From IMG/VR virus record IMGVR_UViG_3300042402_001868, positions 91,923 to 155,922 of that record: DNA of 64,000 nt; one strand, 5' to 3'. The translations under genes were made by a program, and so were the position numbers. Under the pieces are notes generated by a model. That model saw nothing but the letters and a program-made list of their open reading frames with translations, was not told the origin of the DNA and did not search any database. Origin of the DNA: a virus. Of the stretch, positions 1-9,794 are shown one piece after another; position 1 is the stretch's first letter; each line of letters opens with the position of its first letter.

Positions 1-422
1 AATCTGTCTGGATAGTAAATCCAATATTTTTCATATAAGTTTGTCCCAAACACACCGTTTGGAAATTTAGATTCTACAAGCTCAAGCCAATAGCTAACAG
101 GATATCCAAATGGCAGGTGCCAGGTCTGGTTTGCTTCCCATATCACTGCACCTGGCTGAAGTTTTTGATGATCAGAATTTTCAATCCATCCCAAATACAA
201 CATTTTTCTTAGACTAGATTCGTTCACAAAAACTTGTAAGATTTCTAATCTAATAGAATTGAGACTAGTTATACTCAGTTTGTGTAAACCAAATTCACTG
301 TTGGTATATATAAAAATTCCAGTGTCGTTGACGTTAAACTCAACTATTTGATTGTCTAGTTTAACACATATATCATTAGGAGTTATTTTTCCAGATGTTT
401 CAATAAAAATAAATGGTGTCAT
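1..422 (-). CDS. hypothetical protein, runs off the window edge
   Basis: Manually translated open frame MTPFIFIETSGK...WHLPFGYPVSYWLEL... with no stop before position 1; not in the ORF track. Confidence 0.7.
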   Translation of the reverse strand, partial: MTPFIFIETSGKITPNDICVKLDNQIVEFNVNDTGIFIYTNSEFGLHKLSITSLNSIRLEILQVFVNESSLRKMLYLGWIENSDHQKLQPGAVIWEANQTWHLPFGYPVSYWLELVESKFPNGVFGTNLYEKYWIYYPDR

Positions 423-496
423 TGCTTGAACTAACTTTCTGTAATCATATTTATATTATAAAACATATGACTGACATGTAACAGTCTTGTGAGCTA

Positions 497-1084
497 TTAC
501 ATATCAGGGCCGTTGCCGTTTTTGAAACCTACTGTGCCACCTTCTGCTTGGATGCGTTTGATTACATCTTCAAACAAGATGGGGGCAAAATCTGTTTGTT
601 CCACGCAAACACAATGATATCGAGGATCAATTACAGGAATGCCATACTTGCCCACAGGTTCCATCTTCACACGACTAGCATGCAAGTGACCGTGAATGTT
701 AACTCCAAAACGACCTAATGATTCAGGATGGATCGGGATATGACTCAAAATCATTCCGTTCATCACATGGTATGCTCGCAACTCACGAAAGTATTCACGA
801 TACTCCACATCAGGAAAGATGTCATGGTTGCCACGGATCAACACCTTGTCTCCGTTCAATCGATGCAATGTCTTCAAGGCCCGGCGGTTGATAACAACAT
901 CGCCCAAGTGGTAGACCTTGTCGCTAGGACGCACACGGTCGTTCCATCGCCGAACCATTTCCTCGTCCATCTCATCTGGATCAGTCCATGGACGCAATTT
1001 TACCTCAGGGTCGTCTGGGTGTGTGAAGCGACAGACACCGGCGTGTCCAAAGTGTGTGTCGCTTGTTAAAAATACTGATGGCAT
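497..1084 (-). CDS. calcineurin-like metallophosphoesterase
   Basis: Motifs DTHFGH, HLGD, GNHD, HGHLH. Confidence 0.9.
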   Translation of the reverse strand: MPSVFLTSDTHFGHAGVCRFTHPDDPEVKLRPWTDPDEMDEEMVRRWNDRVRPSDKVYHLGDVVINRRALKTLHRLNGDKVLIRGNHDIFPDVEYREYFRELRAYHVMNGMILSHIPIHPESLGRFGVNIHGHLHASRVKMEPVGKYGIPVIDPRYHCVCVEQTDFAPILFEDVIKRIQAEGGTVGFKNGNGPDM

Positions 1085-1142
1085 CTTGTGCTCCTTTCCT
1101 TAATCAAGTATTATAGCACAACAATCAATATTAGTCAATGTG

Positions 1143-1868
1143 CTATTTTAGTTCCACATCGGTTAAATCAGGAATCAGTTCGCCTTTTTGCATCTGAGTT
1201 TGGTCGCTATAGCTATTTGATGAACGTTTTCCAACATGGATTTGAACAAGGTCTCTGCTTTGAAACTCTGGATACTTGTTCCAGTAACTGGTAACATGAA
1301 TTTGATTTGTATCAAACAACACCGCATCACCTGCTTTGTAGGTAAAGATACCCTCTAGCTCAAGCCAATCGCAATAATTTCTAGTGAGATCGCGCCAGTC
1401 GGCACAATGGTCCAGGTCTTCAATTTCAGATATGTTTGAAATTTTTGGACCTTTTAACTTTTGTTCCATGTATGGCTCGATATCTTGGCACGAATTAAAA
1501 AGCTCTTTGAAAATAATTGCTTTAAACTTTGGTTGGTCATCTAATGCAAAAATTATAGTATAAGTCAGGTCAAATCGATCCTTGCCAAACTCGTCCACAT
1601 GAAGAGAATGGGAAGTGACTTGCCGTTGATAGTTTCCCCAAAAATAGTTCTCGTTAGGAAAATGCGTCTTGACAATTTTTTCTAAAATAGAGTAGGCTGG
1701 CGTATTCTCTTTGATCAGCAATCTACGATCAATGTGATCATGCACACCTATACCTGGATGTACTCCCTCAGGTTTGCCATTGACATAGGCATGTTGATGA
1801 TTGTCAATCCAGTATTTTTTAAATACCTGAATGTCTTCGGGGCTCAGTATATTTTCTAATAGTTTCAT
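1143..1868 (-). CDS. putative 2OG-Fe(II) oxygenase/cupin-fold protein
   Basis: HVD motif plus distal His (NQIH); paralog of 53880..54551. Confidence 0.55.
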   Translation of the reverse strand: MKLLENILSPEDIQVFKKYWIDNHQHAYVNGKPEGVHPGIGVHDHIDRRLLIKENTPAYSILEKIVKTHFPNENYFWGNYQRQVTSHSLHVDEFGKDRFDLTYTIIFALDDQPKFKAIIFKELFNSCQDIEPYMEQKLKGPKISNISEIEDLDHCADWRDLTRNYCDWLELEGIFTYKAGDAVLFDTNQIHVTSYWNKYPEFQSRDLVQIHVGKRSSNSYSDQTQMQKGELIPDLTDVELK

Positions 1869-2134
1869 AGTTGCAATCCTTTATTTTTTTTGTTTGTGTT
1901 TGCAATTCGATGAAGATAGTCATTTCCGACATGACCCTCTTCAATTTCTAATATAGCGGTAACCATTGCACCATACTTGGTAACAATCTTTGGGGCATGC
2001 CCACGACGCAGTTCTCTTGCTCGTTGCGCGGCAACCAGTACCAAATCATATCTGTTACCTAATGCCTCTACTGCATATTCGCTTGTAAGGCCAGCGGTTC
2101 TACCACTTACGTCATGTTTAATTTTCATCTTCAT
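1865..2134 (-). CDS. rpoZ: RNA polymerase omega subunit-like protein
   Basis: NRYDLVLVAAQRAREL...AILEIEEG matches the omega core signature. Confidence 0.8.
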   Translation of the reverse strand: MKMKIKHDVSGRTAGLTSEYAVEALGNRYDLVLVAAQRARELRRGHAPKIVTKYGAMVTAILEIEEGHVGNDYLHRIANTNKKNKGLQL

Positions 2135-2459
2135 CTTTCGTTGTCAAACCATTTGAATGTTTATCTGTGACTTGTTCTAAGTCTTGAAACAAACGCTTTT
2201 CTTGCGCTGTGAGTCGATCCTTGTGAGTCTTGCGTGGGTTACCACACAAGTAACAGCCAGGGTTTCCACAATCCATCACATGATGTTTGGCAGTACGATG
2301 AGGTTGTTTCATCACCTGATCATGAAACCCTAAACCATGTGTTTTGGCAATTTTTACTTGCCTAGCAATCTTGACATCAGTTTTGTGCCGACGTCGTGAA
2401 TTCATAAATTTGGCTAATTCGTTACTCACATTGTTCCTCTCTTGACTATTATATAACAA
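2118..2459 (-). CDS. hypothetical basic phage protein with Cys motif
   Basis: CGNPGCYLCGNPR; operon context; true start may be downstream. Confidence 0.6.
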   Translation of the reverse strand: MLYNSQERNNVSNELAKFMNSRRRHKTDVKIARQVKIAKTHGLGFHDQVMKQPHRTAKHHVMDCGNPGCYLCGNPRKTHKDRLTAQEKRLFQDLEQVTDKHSNGLTTKDEDEN

Positions 2460-2472
2460 TACAACATTGTTG

Positions 2473-3249
2473 TCAACTTGCTAATGCTCGATCTGTACGT
2501 GTCATATCAGCACAGGTATAAGTTTGGTAACTTTGCTTTAGGTGTTCAGGCATGGGAATCTCTTCAATTGGTACTCCAAACCGTTCTGCAACTTCATAGA
2601 AGCTGTGTGTTTTACCTGTGCCTACATTAAACACACCTGACTGTTTGATATTTAAGAAAGCTAAATGTGTGTTGATAACTTGGCTCACGGGCACAAAATC
2701 TCTGCGGTATTCTCTACTGCCTTCAAACACACGTATGCGTCCTGTTTCCCTGGCTTGTTTTTCAAACTGATGATATGGACTAGCCTGCCCACCTTTGTGA
2801 TCTTCGCCGGAACCATACACATTAAAATACCGAAATCCTTGTATGCGATCACCGTTATGGTCAGCAAACTCTTGACGCTTGAGAGCATAGCGTTCAAACA
2901 TGTATTTTGACCAAGCATAAGGTGTTCGCGGATCCACAGGCGAGTCTTCGCGGAACTCTTGGTTTAATCCATACACGCTAGCACTGCTGGAATACTGAAA
3001 GTGTGTGCCAGTGTTCATGCAACGATCCAACAGTCGACAACTGAAGTCATAGTTTTGTCGCATGACTTTGTCTACATCACGTTCGGTGGTGCTAGATATG
3101 CCACCAATGTGAATACACACATCTCGATCTCTAGTATCTAGATTGTCTTCATCTTCGCCCCAGTCATATGTTCTAACATCATGCCCTGCTAGGGCTTTGA
3201 GCATGTTGGAACCGATAAAGCCCCTGTGGCCTGTAAGTAAAATTCTCAT
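2473..3249 (-). CDS. hldD: ADP-L-glycero-D-manno-heptose 6-epimerase-like SDR
   Basis: TGHRGFIGS, SSTTE, YSSSASVYG, YAWSK, RYFNVYG, YQTYTCAD. Confidence 0.85.
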   Translation of the reverse strand: MRILLTGHRGFIGSNMLKALAGHDVRTYDWGEDEDNLDTRDRDVCIHIGGISSTTERDVDKVMRQNYDFSCRLLDRCMNTGTHFQYSSSASVYGLNQEFREDSPVDPRTPYAWSKYMFERYALKRQEFADHNGDRIQGFRYFNVYGSGEDHKGGQASPYHQFEKQARETGRIRVFEGSREYRRDFVPVSQVINTHLAFLNIKQSGVFNVGTGKTHSFYEVAERFGVPIEEIPMPEHLKQSYQTYTCADMTRTDRALAS

Positions 3250-3602
3250 TTTTGACTGTCTCCTTTGCCCACACGATAGTTATCTTCTACTGAATCTGGT
3301 GTGCTAACTTCGATGATAGTGCCAGCTTCTATACAAACCAATTGATGTGGCTGCAATGGCCGATTACGCCATGTGGTGCCCGGTTTAAGTATTGCGTCAT
3401 GCTGACTAGCATCCGTGGTTTCAATGAATACAACTTGAAACAACCCATCCAACACATACCATGTTTCGTCTTTTTCAGCATGGAAGTGCATGCTGAATCG
3501 AGCACCCTCGTTAAACTTCATAAGTTTGCCACAGTACTTGTCATTGGTAGCCCAGATCAATTCTGAGCCCCACCCTTTTTCTACAAAGCCTTCTAGTCTC
3601 AT
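3246..3602 (-). CDS. cupin (sugar-phosphate isomerase-like)
   Basis: KGWGSE, SMHFHAEKDETW, EVSTPD; start reassigned to MRLEG. Confidence 0.7.
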   Translation of the reverse strand: MRLEGFVEKGWGSELIWATNDKYCGKLMKFNEGARFSMHFHAEKDETWYVLDGLFQVVFIETTDASQHDAILKPGTTWRNRPLQPHQLVCIEAGTIIEVSTPDSVEDNYRVGKGDSQK

Positions 3603-4357
3603 TTGATTTCCTCTAGTGTAGGAGCATACACACCTATGTGTTGCACAGTAACGGCGCTGGCTCGGATTGCAAATTCTATTGCAAGATCCATACTCTGAGA
3701 TTTTAAATATTCGTAGCACAGGGCCGCAAGAAATGTGTCCCCGGCACCACACACATCTGTCACTGCTATTTCCACAGCAGGATATGTTCGGTCCTTGTAC
3801 ACAGCACCGTTCCTGCCGTGTGTGACAACAAGATCATCGCATATGGTCTTGGCATCGTTGTATTCTTTATTGTTGATCTTAACAACACACCCGGCTAGTC
3901 TTGCTAGATCAGTTTTCTTTGTATCCACAAATATCGGGCCAGAATATGTTTTGCGTAAATTTTCAATTAACTCGTAAGTGACATTGCCTTTGTTGTAGTC
4001 GCTGATCACAATGGCATTGCATATGGAGAGATCTATACCATCCAATGGGTAAGGCTCGTTGATGTAGTCATTGTCGATGCGAACAATCTGTTGCTTACTA
4101 CGTTCGTCAATCAGTCTTGTTTTTGATCCAGGCTGGCCACTTGCAACAAGTACCTCACATCCAAGTGCCACAAGGTTGGCTGCTACATTGGCAGCCATGC
4201 CGTTGCGACTTTCTTCACGGGTGGGTATAAACACAGGCACAGGTGCTTCGGGACTGATGCGATCAACTACGCCATACTGGTAGTTGTCCACGCACACATC
4301 ACCTACTACCAATATCCTGAATGGCTCGGGTGGTTGAGTATGGTTCAATTCTGTCAT
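3599..4357 (-). CDS. hldE: heptose-7-phosphate kinase (HldE/RfaE domain I, PfkB family)
   Basis: RISPEAPVPV, AANVAANL, SDYNKG, DVCGAGDT. Confidence 0.85.
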   Translation of the reverse strand: MTELNHTQPPEPFRILVVGDVCVDNYQYGVVDRISPEAPVPVFIPTREESRNGMAANVAANLVALGCEVLVASGQPGSKTRLIDERSKQQIVRIDNDYINEPYPLDGIDLSICNAIVISDYNKGNVTYELIENLRKTYSGPIFVDTKKTDLARLAGCVVKINNKEYNDAKTICDDLVVTHGRNGAVYKDRTYPAVEIAVTDVCGAGDTFLAALCYEYLKSQSMDLAIEFAIRASAVTVQHIGVYAPTLEEIK

Positions 4358-4694
4358 AAAACACTATTTCTTTACAATACTGATGACCTATAATATGTCG
4401 ACCTTGATAATCTGATCCTTTGACCATGACAGGGTTGTACAATCTACAGATGTCCTCAAGTTCTTGATCACTGTTAAAAATCCAAACGCTATCTACACTG
4501 CGTAGGCTTTCTAGTATGAGCTTGCGATCATCTTCAGAGTTGATAGGTCTGCCAGAGCCCTTGAGTTCCTTCACACGCTGGTCGCCATCAATGGCCACAA
4601 GCAAAGAATCACCCAGGCTTCGTGCATAATTTAGCAATTGTACATGACCTGGGTGTAAGATGTCAAATGTTCCGTTGACAAATATGGTTTTCAT
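4299..4694 (-). CDS. heptose-1-phosphate adenylyltransferase (HldE/RfaE domain II)
   Basis: NGTFDILHPGH, LKGSGRPIN, VKGSDY, YSTT. Confidence 0.85.
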   Translation of the reverse strand: MKTIFVNGTFDILHPGHVQLLNYARSLGDSLLVAIDGDQRVKELKGSGRPINSEDDRKLILESLRSVDSVWIFNSDQELEDICRLYNPVMVKGSDYQGRHIIGHQYCKEIVFYDRIEPYSTTRAIQDIGSR

Positions 4695-5200
4695 TAACTG
4701 TTTAGAACCTTGGCTACACTATTAATTACCGCCGCAATGCGACCAATGTCACGTAATTGCTCTACTGTGTAACCTTCTTGCTTGAGTGTTTCGTAATGTG
4801 CTTTCACACAAAAATGGCACTTGCCCACAATGCTGGCTGCTAACGAGAATGCTTCGAAGTTTGACTTAGTAGTTCCTCCATGTGATGCGATGGCGTTCAT
4901 TCGTAACTGTGCTGGCAATCCTTTTAGAGACGGATCTTCGGCCATCTCAACGAATGGATACCATACATTGTTCTGTGCCATAATGCTTGCGGCTGTCATT
5001 GCGCTGTCTGCGTGAACAGGACCATCTGCTAACATAACAGCAAGTACTTTACCGTTACCAGTTGCGGCGAGTGCGGCCACAGCACAGCCCATGGCCACAT
5101 CAGCATCCAATGTACTACGCAAAAGAACTGCGTCAAGATTTAACTTAGTGTCCTTAGCGTAGTCTGGCAACGCTTCTTTGATAGCGTCGATGAATGCCAT
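4694..5200 (-). CDS. ahpD: alkyl hydroperoxide reductase AhpD
   Basis: PDYAKDTKLNL, MAQNNVWY, ASIVGKCHFCVKAH; adjacent to ahpC. Confidence 0.9.
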   Translation of the reverse strand: MAFIDAIKEALPDYAKDTKLNLDAVLLRSTLDADVAMGCAVAALAATGNGKVLAVMLADGPVHADSAMTAASIMAQNNVWYPFVEMAEDPSLKGLPAQLRMNAIASHGGTTKSNFEAFSLAASIVGKCHFCVKAHYETLKQEGYTVEQLRDIGRIAAVINSVAKVLNS

Positions 5201-5754
5201 TATAGTGTCTCTCCGCCTACTGTACGGTTACAAGCGCAAAGCTCGCCAGTTTGCAATGCGTCAAGAATACGCAATGTTTCTTCTGGGCTACGACCAACGT
5301 TCAAGTTGTTCACAGTAACGTGTTGAATTTCATTGTTTGGATCAATGATAAATGTGGCACGAAGTGCGGCACCTGCTGGAGCATAGAATACACCAAGTTG
5401 TTCGATTAGACTTACACTGCCACGTTCTTCACCTGACTGATGACGAGCAGTGTCAGCAAATTGAATGTGTTTGATCTTGCTCAAATCTTCGTGACTACGT
5501 TGCCATGCCAGTTTGCAAAACTCATTGTCTGTTGAACCTGTTAGCAATACTGCGTCACGGTCAGCAAAGTCTTGGAACAACTTGTCATAGGCCACAATTT
5601 CTGTGGGGCACACAAATGTAAAGTCCTTGGGATAGTAAACAATTACTTTCCACTTGCCTTCAAATGATTTTTCTGTGATGGTAAAGAAATCGTCCTTACC
5701 TGGGTTTACGCCTGTTACTGAGAACGGGGTTAATTTATCGCCTACTGTTTTCAT
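5200..5754 (-). CDS. ahpC: peroxiredoxin AhpC
   Basis: YPKDFTFVCPTE, GRSPEETLR, GELC. Confidence 0.95.
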   Translation of the reverse strand: MKTVGDKLTPFSVTGVNPGKDDFFTITEKSFEGKWKVIVYYPKDFTFVCPTEIVAYDKLFQDFADRDAVLLTGSTDNEFCKLAWQRSHEDLSKIKHIQFADTARHQSGEERGSVSLIEQLGVFYAPAGAALRATFIIDPNNEIQHVTVNNLNVGRSPEETLRILDALQTGELCACNRTVGGETL

Positions 5755-5802
5755 ATTTTCTCCTATTAAAAATTAGTACATCAGTGTTTGTACTGAGTGT
5801 TT

Positions 5803-5888
5803 ATTGTACTAGTATATAGTCTTGTAGTCAAGCGAAAACGTTAAATCTCGCAGAAAATATTTTAATGGTACCAATAGGAAAAATCAAT
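5803..5888 (-). promoter_or_regulatory. sigma70 promoter of ahpC with an upstream OxyR-like site
   Basis: TTGACT-17-TACAAT (5831-5803); AGAA-N7-TAAT-N7-ATAG-N7-CAAT at 5852-5888. Confidence 0.55.
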
Positions 5889-6039
5889 TGTTAACTGGGA
5901 ATCATTTTGGGAAGGTACGGCACTGCTCTGGGTCCGTAACGTTGTTGCAGAAGAAATCGAGCCGCTTGTGCTGTGTCTGCACCCACACGGTCTTTGAATT
6001 CACGACCGTCGGGTGTGCGTATGGTTGCTTCAAACAGTT

Positions 6040-6555
6040 TCATACAGTATTTAACAATACTGGAGAATAATATGTGGTGTCTTCATGTTGATCGCGTTGC
6101 ATTAGCCATTTGTAGATAGGTGTAGTAAATTCTAAACTGGTCTCTCCTACTGATCCCATATACTCTGATGGCACAACAATATCTGGATGTTCAGGATAAC
6201 AACACTTTCCGTACTCTTCGAGGGCCAATCGAAGATTTAGATTTTCTATCCATGCTCCAGCGATGTGTAGCATGGGAGATGCCCAAAGGCCATCTACATC
6301 AAATCCCTCAACAATTTTTTCAACTTCAATTTTTAATTTATAATTTCCTGTGTTTTGGTCTAAGAATTCGTGCTCAATTTGAACCAGTTGGTCAACTGTA
6401 TCGTGATACAACACAATATCGTTTAATGTAATCTTGACAACACATGCTTGACTGGATTTTACCCATTCTTTAAAGTCAATCATGTGACCGGTATTTAGAT
6501 GGATGTTTAACTTGGCCTTGTTAACATGATTGATTTTTCCTGGCATACTAAACAT
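6040..6555 (-). CDS. hypothetical protein
   Basis: ORF coupled to the upstream gene; C-terminal F..P..WL resembles the 1..422 protein. Confidence 0.6.
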   Translation of the reverse strand: MFSMPGKINHVNKAKLNIHLNTGHMIDFKEWVKSSQACVVKITLNDIVLYHDTVDQLVQIEHEFLDQNTGNYKLKIEVEKIVEGFDVDGLWASPMLHIAGAWIENLNLRLALEEYGKCCYPEHPDIVVPSEYMGSVGETSLEFTTPIYKWLMQRDQHEDTTYYSPVLLNTV

Positions 6556-7603
6556 AATTTTCTACTTCGCCTTCTCTGTAGATGTCATTGGTAATACAAT
6601 GGATACCACCGTCCCAGAAAAATCTATGACGAAAAGGGGTAACAATTGGTTCAATATGCTGTTGTTTAAAAAACTCAAACATATCCTTATTGTAGTTATT
6701 GACTAATACTGTGTGCTCGTTAATTTGTAACATGTTAACATCAAACACAGTTTCGGCAACAAAGCCTAACCAGTGCCCAAGCCAGGTCTCGACAAAATTG
6801 TTAAATTCACTGTTGTCTTGGCTATCCGGAATCCACCAACGACCTTTGTTGCTGTGTTTGAGCTGCCTCCATGCAGGTATTGCATTCCAGCTTTGATTCT
6901 CAATGTATTTCACTTGCCATCCTGGCAATGTGTCAGTGTAGTTGTTGTGATGATATGTGCTCACAACAACCCCTGGTTTGACCAAACTAAACACCGCATC
7001 ATTATGCCCACCAATGAACACTGGCACAATCGTATGATTTGGAAACTGTTGTTTAAAATACTGGTATAGCCACGGATCTTCCCTGCAGTCAAGTATAATG
7101 CAATCACCAACCACTGTGGCCATTGGCGCATCGAACTCTGTTGGGGAAATTATAAGACTGTCGGGAGCCAGCTGATCAACCAATGGCTTGAACCATTTAG
7201 AATCAGTATTGGTTAACATGAGATTGCTGCCAACAATAAGTTGACAATCTCTAGGCTGCATTGGCGGTTTTGGAATCAATGTATAACTGCCCGAAGATTG
7301 GTACGTTAACCTTCCTGAGTTTGGATCAATAAAATCCATAATGGTTAGTGTAGTATCAATGACAGGACGCTGAACATGTACCCCTAACTTACTCAACGTA
7401 TCGACAAGATTGGAATAATCTTCTTCTGTTTCTCGTGCAATCTTTTGCAGGCTGTCTCTGACCTTGCTGTTTTTTACTGGTTCGTAAAACTCGGGCAAAT
7501 AACTAGATCCGACCCAGGTATGCTTCAAGTCATGCCAAGGCGCATTGAATTTAACCTGGCGAGTTGAATAAGTAGTCAAGGCTGTTTCCATGTGCTTTAT
7601 CAA
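6548..7603 (-). CDS. amidinotransferase family protein
   Basis: PMQPRD, GHND, FDVNML, C-terminal FWDGGIHCIT. Confidence 0.8.
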   Translation of the reverse strand: MIKHMETALTTYSTRQVKFNAPWHDLKHTWVGSSYLPEFYEPVKNSKVRDSLQKIARETEEDYSNLVDTLSKLGVHVQRPVIDTTLTIMDFIDPNSGRLTYQSSGSYTLIPKPPMQPRDCQLIVGSNLMLTNTDSKWFKPLVDQLAPDSLIISPTEFDAPMATVVGDCIILDCREDPWLYQYFKQQFPNHTIVPVFIGGHNDAVFSLVKPGVVVSTYHHNNYTDTLPGWQVKYIENQSWNAIPAWRQLKHSNKGRWWIPDSQDNSEFNNFVETWLGHWLGFVAETVFDVNMLQINEHTVLVNNYNKDMFEFFKQQHIEPIVTPFRHRFFWDGGIHCITNDIYREGEVENYV

Positions 7604-8708
7604 ATTCTAATCGACTTAAGAATGGCAAATTTTTTGTGCGTATCACAGTGCTGTCGCTTAATTTAAATATCCACCTGTTATCAAGTAGCCGAACCTTCTT
7701 GGCGGTATATGTTGCAAACTGCCCGCTGTTCTGTTTTCCTACGTTGGTATAGTAGTTTTCATTCTGATCAAATTGATAGATATATTCTTTAAGAAACTGC
7801 TTGTACCCTAAGTATCCGCGACCGGCATCAAGTATTAGATCATTGTTATAGTATATGTAGTTTTCAAATTCATCACACTCAAAAAATCCACTCACACACT
7901 GTTGTGTATAGGATGATTGATTCATAAGGAAAGAATTATCGCCGATTGCATATATCTGGCTTTTTGCCAAACTGTAATAACACCATCTAGCTTCTAGAAG
8001 CGTATTAATTGTACGACCTGACAGAGCAAAATATTTTTCTGAAAAATCAATAAATTTTTGATCTTGATTAACTTTGTAAAAATAATCCTTCCAGGGCTGG
8101 TACAGTGCATCTATCCCAATCTTGGTAACAAAGCTCTCGTCAAGGCTTGCAGTAAATTCATCCCCGCCATGACCGGTAACAAAGTGTCCGTCAAAATGAG
8201 TTTGCAAATATACATCTCCGCTGATGTTTAGCAATTCAACCTGCGGATATTGTTTTTGTAGCAGTTCAAAGAACTCTTGATTTTCGTAGACACTATGTGG
8301 AGAATATAAAATTCTCAACCGATTAAAATTAGGAGTATGCCTTAAGAATGCAATAACAAGACTAGTGCTATCGTGCCCACCGCTCCAGCACAAATTTAAC
8401 AATTGATCAAGTTGTAAATAGTGGTCAACACGATTCTTCATAACTTGTTCAAAGGATAAACATGTGACTGGAATTTTCCAAGGTCTTTGTACTTCAAATT
8501 TAAACGGACTTGTTACAGTCTGTGTGCGATCAACAATGTCACCAAACGGAGAATTAGAAAATATTGCGTTGATATCTAATAGATAATTGTAATCATTGAA
8601 TCCATTGATTTTATGTAAGAGGCCCACTGGAGAATACGCGATATTTCGCCATTCTAAAATTTTTCCAATGTACTCAGAATTTATTGCTGACAGTAGAGGT
8701 AATGACAT
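7551..8708 (-). CDS. PP-loop (adenine nucleotide alpha-hydrolase/asparagine synthetase-like) protein
   Basis: LCWSGGHDST and VTGHGGDE motifs. Confidence 0.6.
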   Translation of the reverse strand: MSLPLLSAINSEYIGKILEWRNIAYSPVGLLHKINGFNDYNYLLDINAIFSNSPFGDIVDRTQTVTSPFKFEVQRPWKIPVTCLSFEQVMKNRVDHYLQLDQLLNLCWSGGHDSTSLVIAFLRHTPNFNRLRILYSPHSVYENQEFFELLQKQYPQVELLNISGDVYLQTHFDGHFVTGHGGDEFTASLDESFVTKIGIDALYQPWKDYFYKVNQDQKFIDFSEKYFALSGRTINTLLEARWCYYSLAKSQIYAIGDNSFLMNQSSYTQQCVSGFFECDEFENYIYYNNDLILDAGRGYLGYKQFLKEYIYQFDQNENYYTNVGKQNSGQFATYTAKKVRLLDNRWIFKLSDSTVIRTKNLPFLSRLEFDKAHGNSLDYLFNSPG

Positions 8709-8983
8709 TAAGAATCACGGTCAGTGACGCACATGATTTCTCTAAGCAGTTGAAGACTGCAATTAAAATCAGTTACGTCGGTTGTTTCAAATGATCGTAT
8801 TTTTGATAAAAGTTGTGATTCAAGCTGTGAAAGTTGAGATAACATGCGTAGCCTTCTTTTGACAATCATAGGGTCTGTTGCATAGTCCACTAATTCAGAC
8901 AGCAATTTATTCCTGTGATCATTGGCTAGCTCAATAAGTTTTTTTGTTGTTTTTATTTTATAGTAGTTGACATGCTCAGTCAT
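8708..8983 (-). CDS. hypothetical protein
   Basis: ORF with overlapping start/stop in the operon. Confidence 0.55.
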   Translation of the reverse strand: MTEHVNYYKIKTTKKLIELANDHRNKLLSELVDYATDPMIVKRRLRMLSQLSQLESQLLSKIRSFETTDVTDFNCSLQLLREIMCVTDRDS

Positions 8984-9216
8984 TAGACAGGATCAACACT
9001 TGCACTTGAGCAACCAATATTTAGAGTGAAATCAATCCACTCTTCGGCATTTGCTAATTCTGGCCATGAACGTATACATACCTGGCGGGTTCCTTCGTCA
9101 GTTTCAGTTAAAGTTGTTTCAATTCCTCTAGCTGCCAGTTCATCAAGTTTTTCATGACATAAAGTTGACTGCTCTGGTGTTATCGGTGGTTGCCAAATTA
9201 CGGTTGTATAACGCAT
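8983..9216 (-). CDS. small hypothetical protein
   Basis: AGGAG RBS and upstream TAAATA motif. Confidence 0.65.
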   Translation of the reverse strand: MRYTTVIWQPPITPEQSTLCHEKLDELAARGIETTLTETDEGTRQVCIRSWPELANAEEWIDFTLNIGCSSASVDPV

Positions 9217-9268
9217 TATAAGTTCTCCTAATATTGTTATTTATGATAATATGCTTTTAGCATCTATA

Positions 9269-9739
9269 TTATGCTGCTTTTAGGCTTTTAAATCTGTCGG
9301 CAGCATAACTAGCCGCAAACGCATTAGGTTTGACAAAAGGCATGACATTGCAAGTGCCTTTGATATAGCCGATAGCTTGTGAAATAACACAGCTAGATCC
9401 ATGCATCTCGTCGGGGCTGATATCCAAATGAACTTCAACATTGCGACCTTCCAGCACCTCGGCTAGTTTAAGATACAGTTCACTGACTTTGTATACTTCG
9501 GTCATGAGTCGCATGGCAGGCTTGGATTCTTTTTGATCATACACACGTTCGCGATGCACCTCACCAAACAGTTTACATCCATTGTTACCGTTGATGTGTA
9601 TCACAATGGCCAACACATAGTCAGCATGCCATACATTGTCGATTCTGATTCGTTCACTGTCGCAGCCAAGATAGATTTTGGTATCAGGTCCCTGGGCTTC
9701 AATAAACTGCTTGACCTTGTTTAGATCCAGTTTTTTCAT
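9269..9739 (-). CDS. RNase H-like YkuK/DUF458 family protein
   Basis: IYLGCDS, RLMTEV, EVHLDI, KPNAFAASYAAD. Confidence 0.8.
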   Translation of the reverse strand: MKKLDLNKVKQFIEAQGPDTKIYLGCDSERIRIDNVWHADYVLAIVIHINGNNGCKLFGEVHRERVYDQKESKPAMRLMTEVYKVSELYLKLAEVLEGRNVEVHLDISPDEMHGSSCVISQAIGYIKGTCNVMPFVKPNAFAASYAADRFKSLKAA

Positions 9740-9794
9740 ACGTTACTTTCTATGGGTATTTATTGAAGCTAAGATTACAGTTGTGTTAAAAAAA

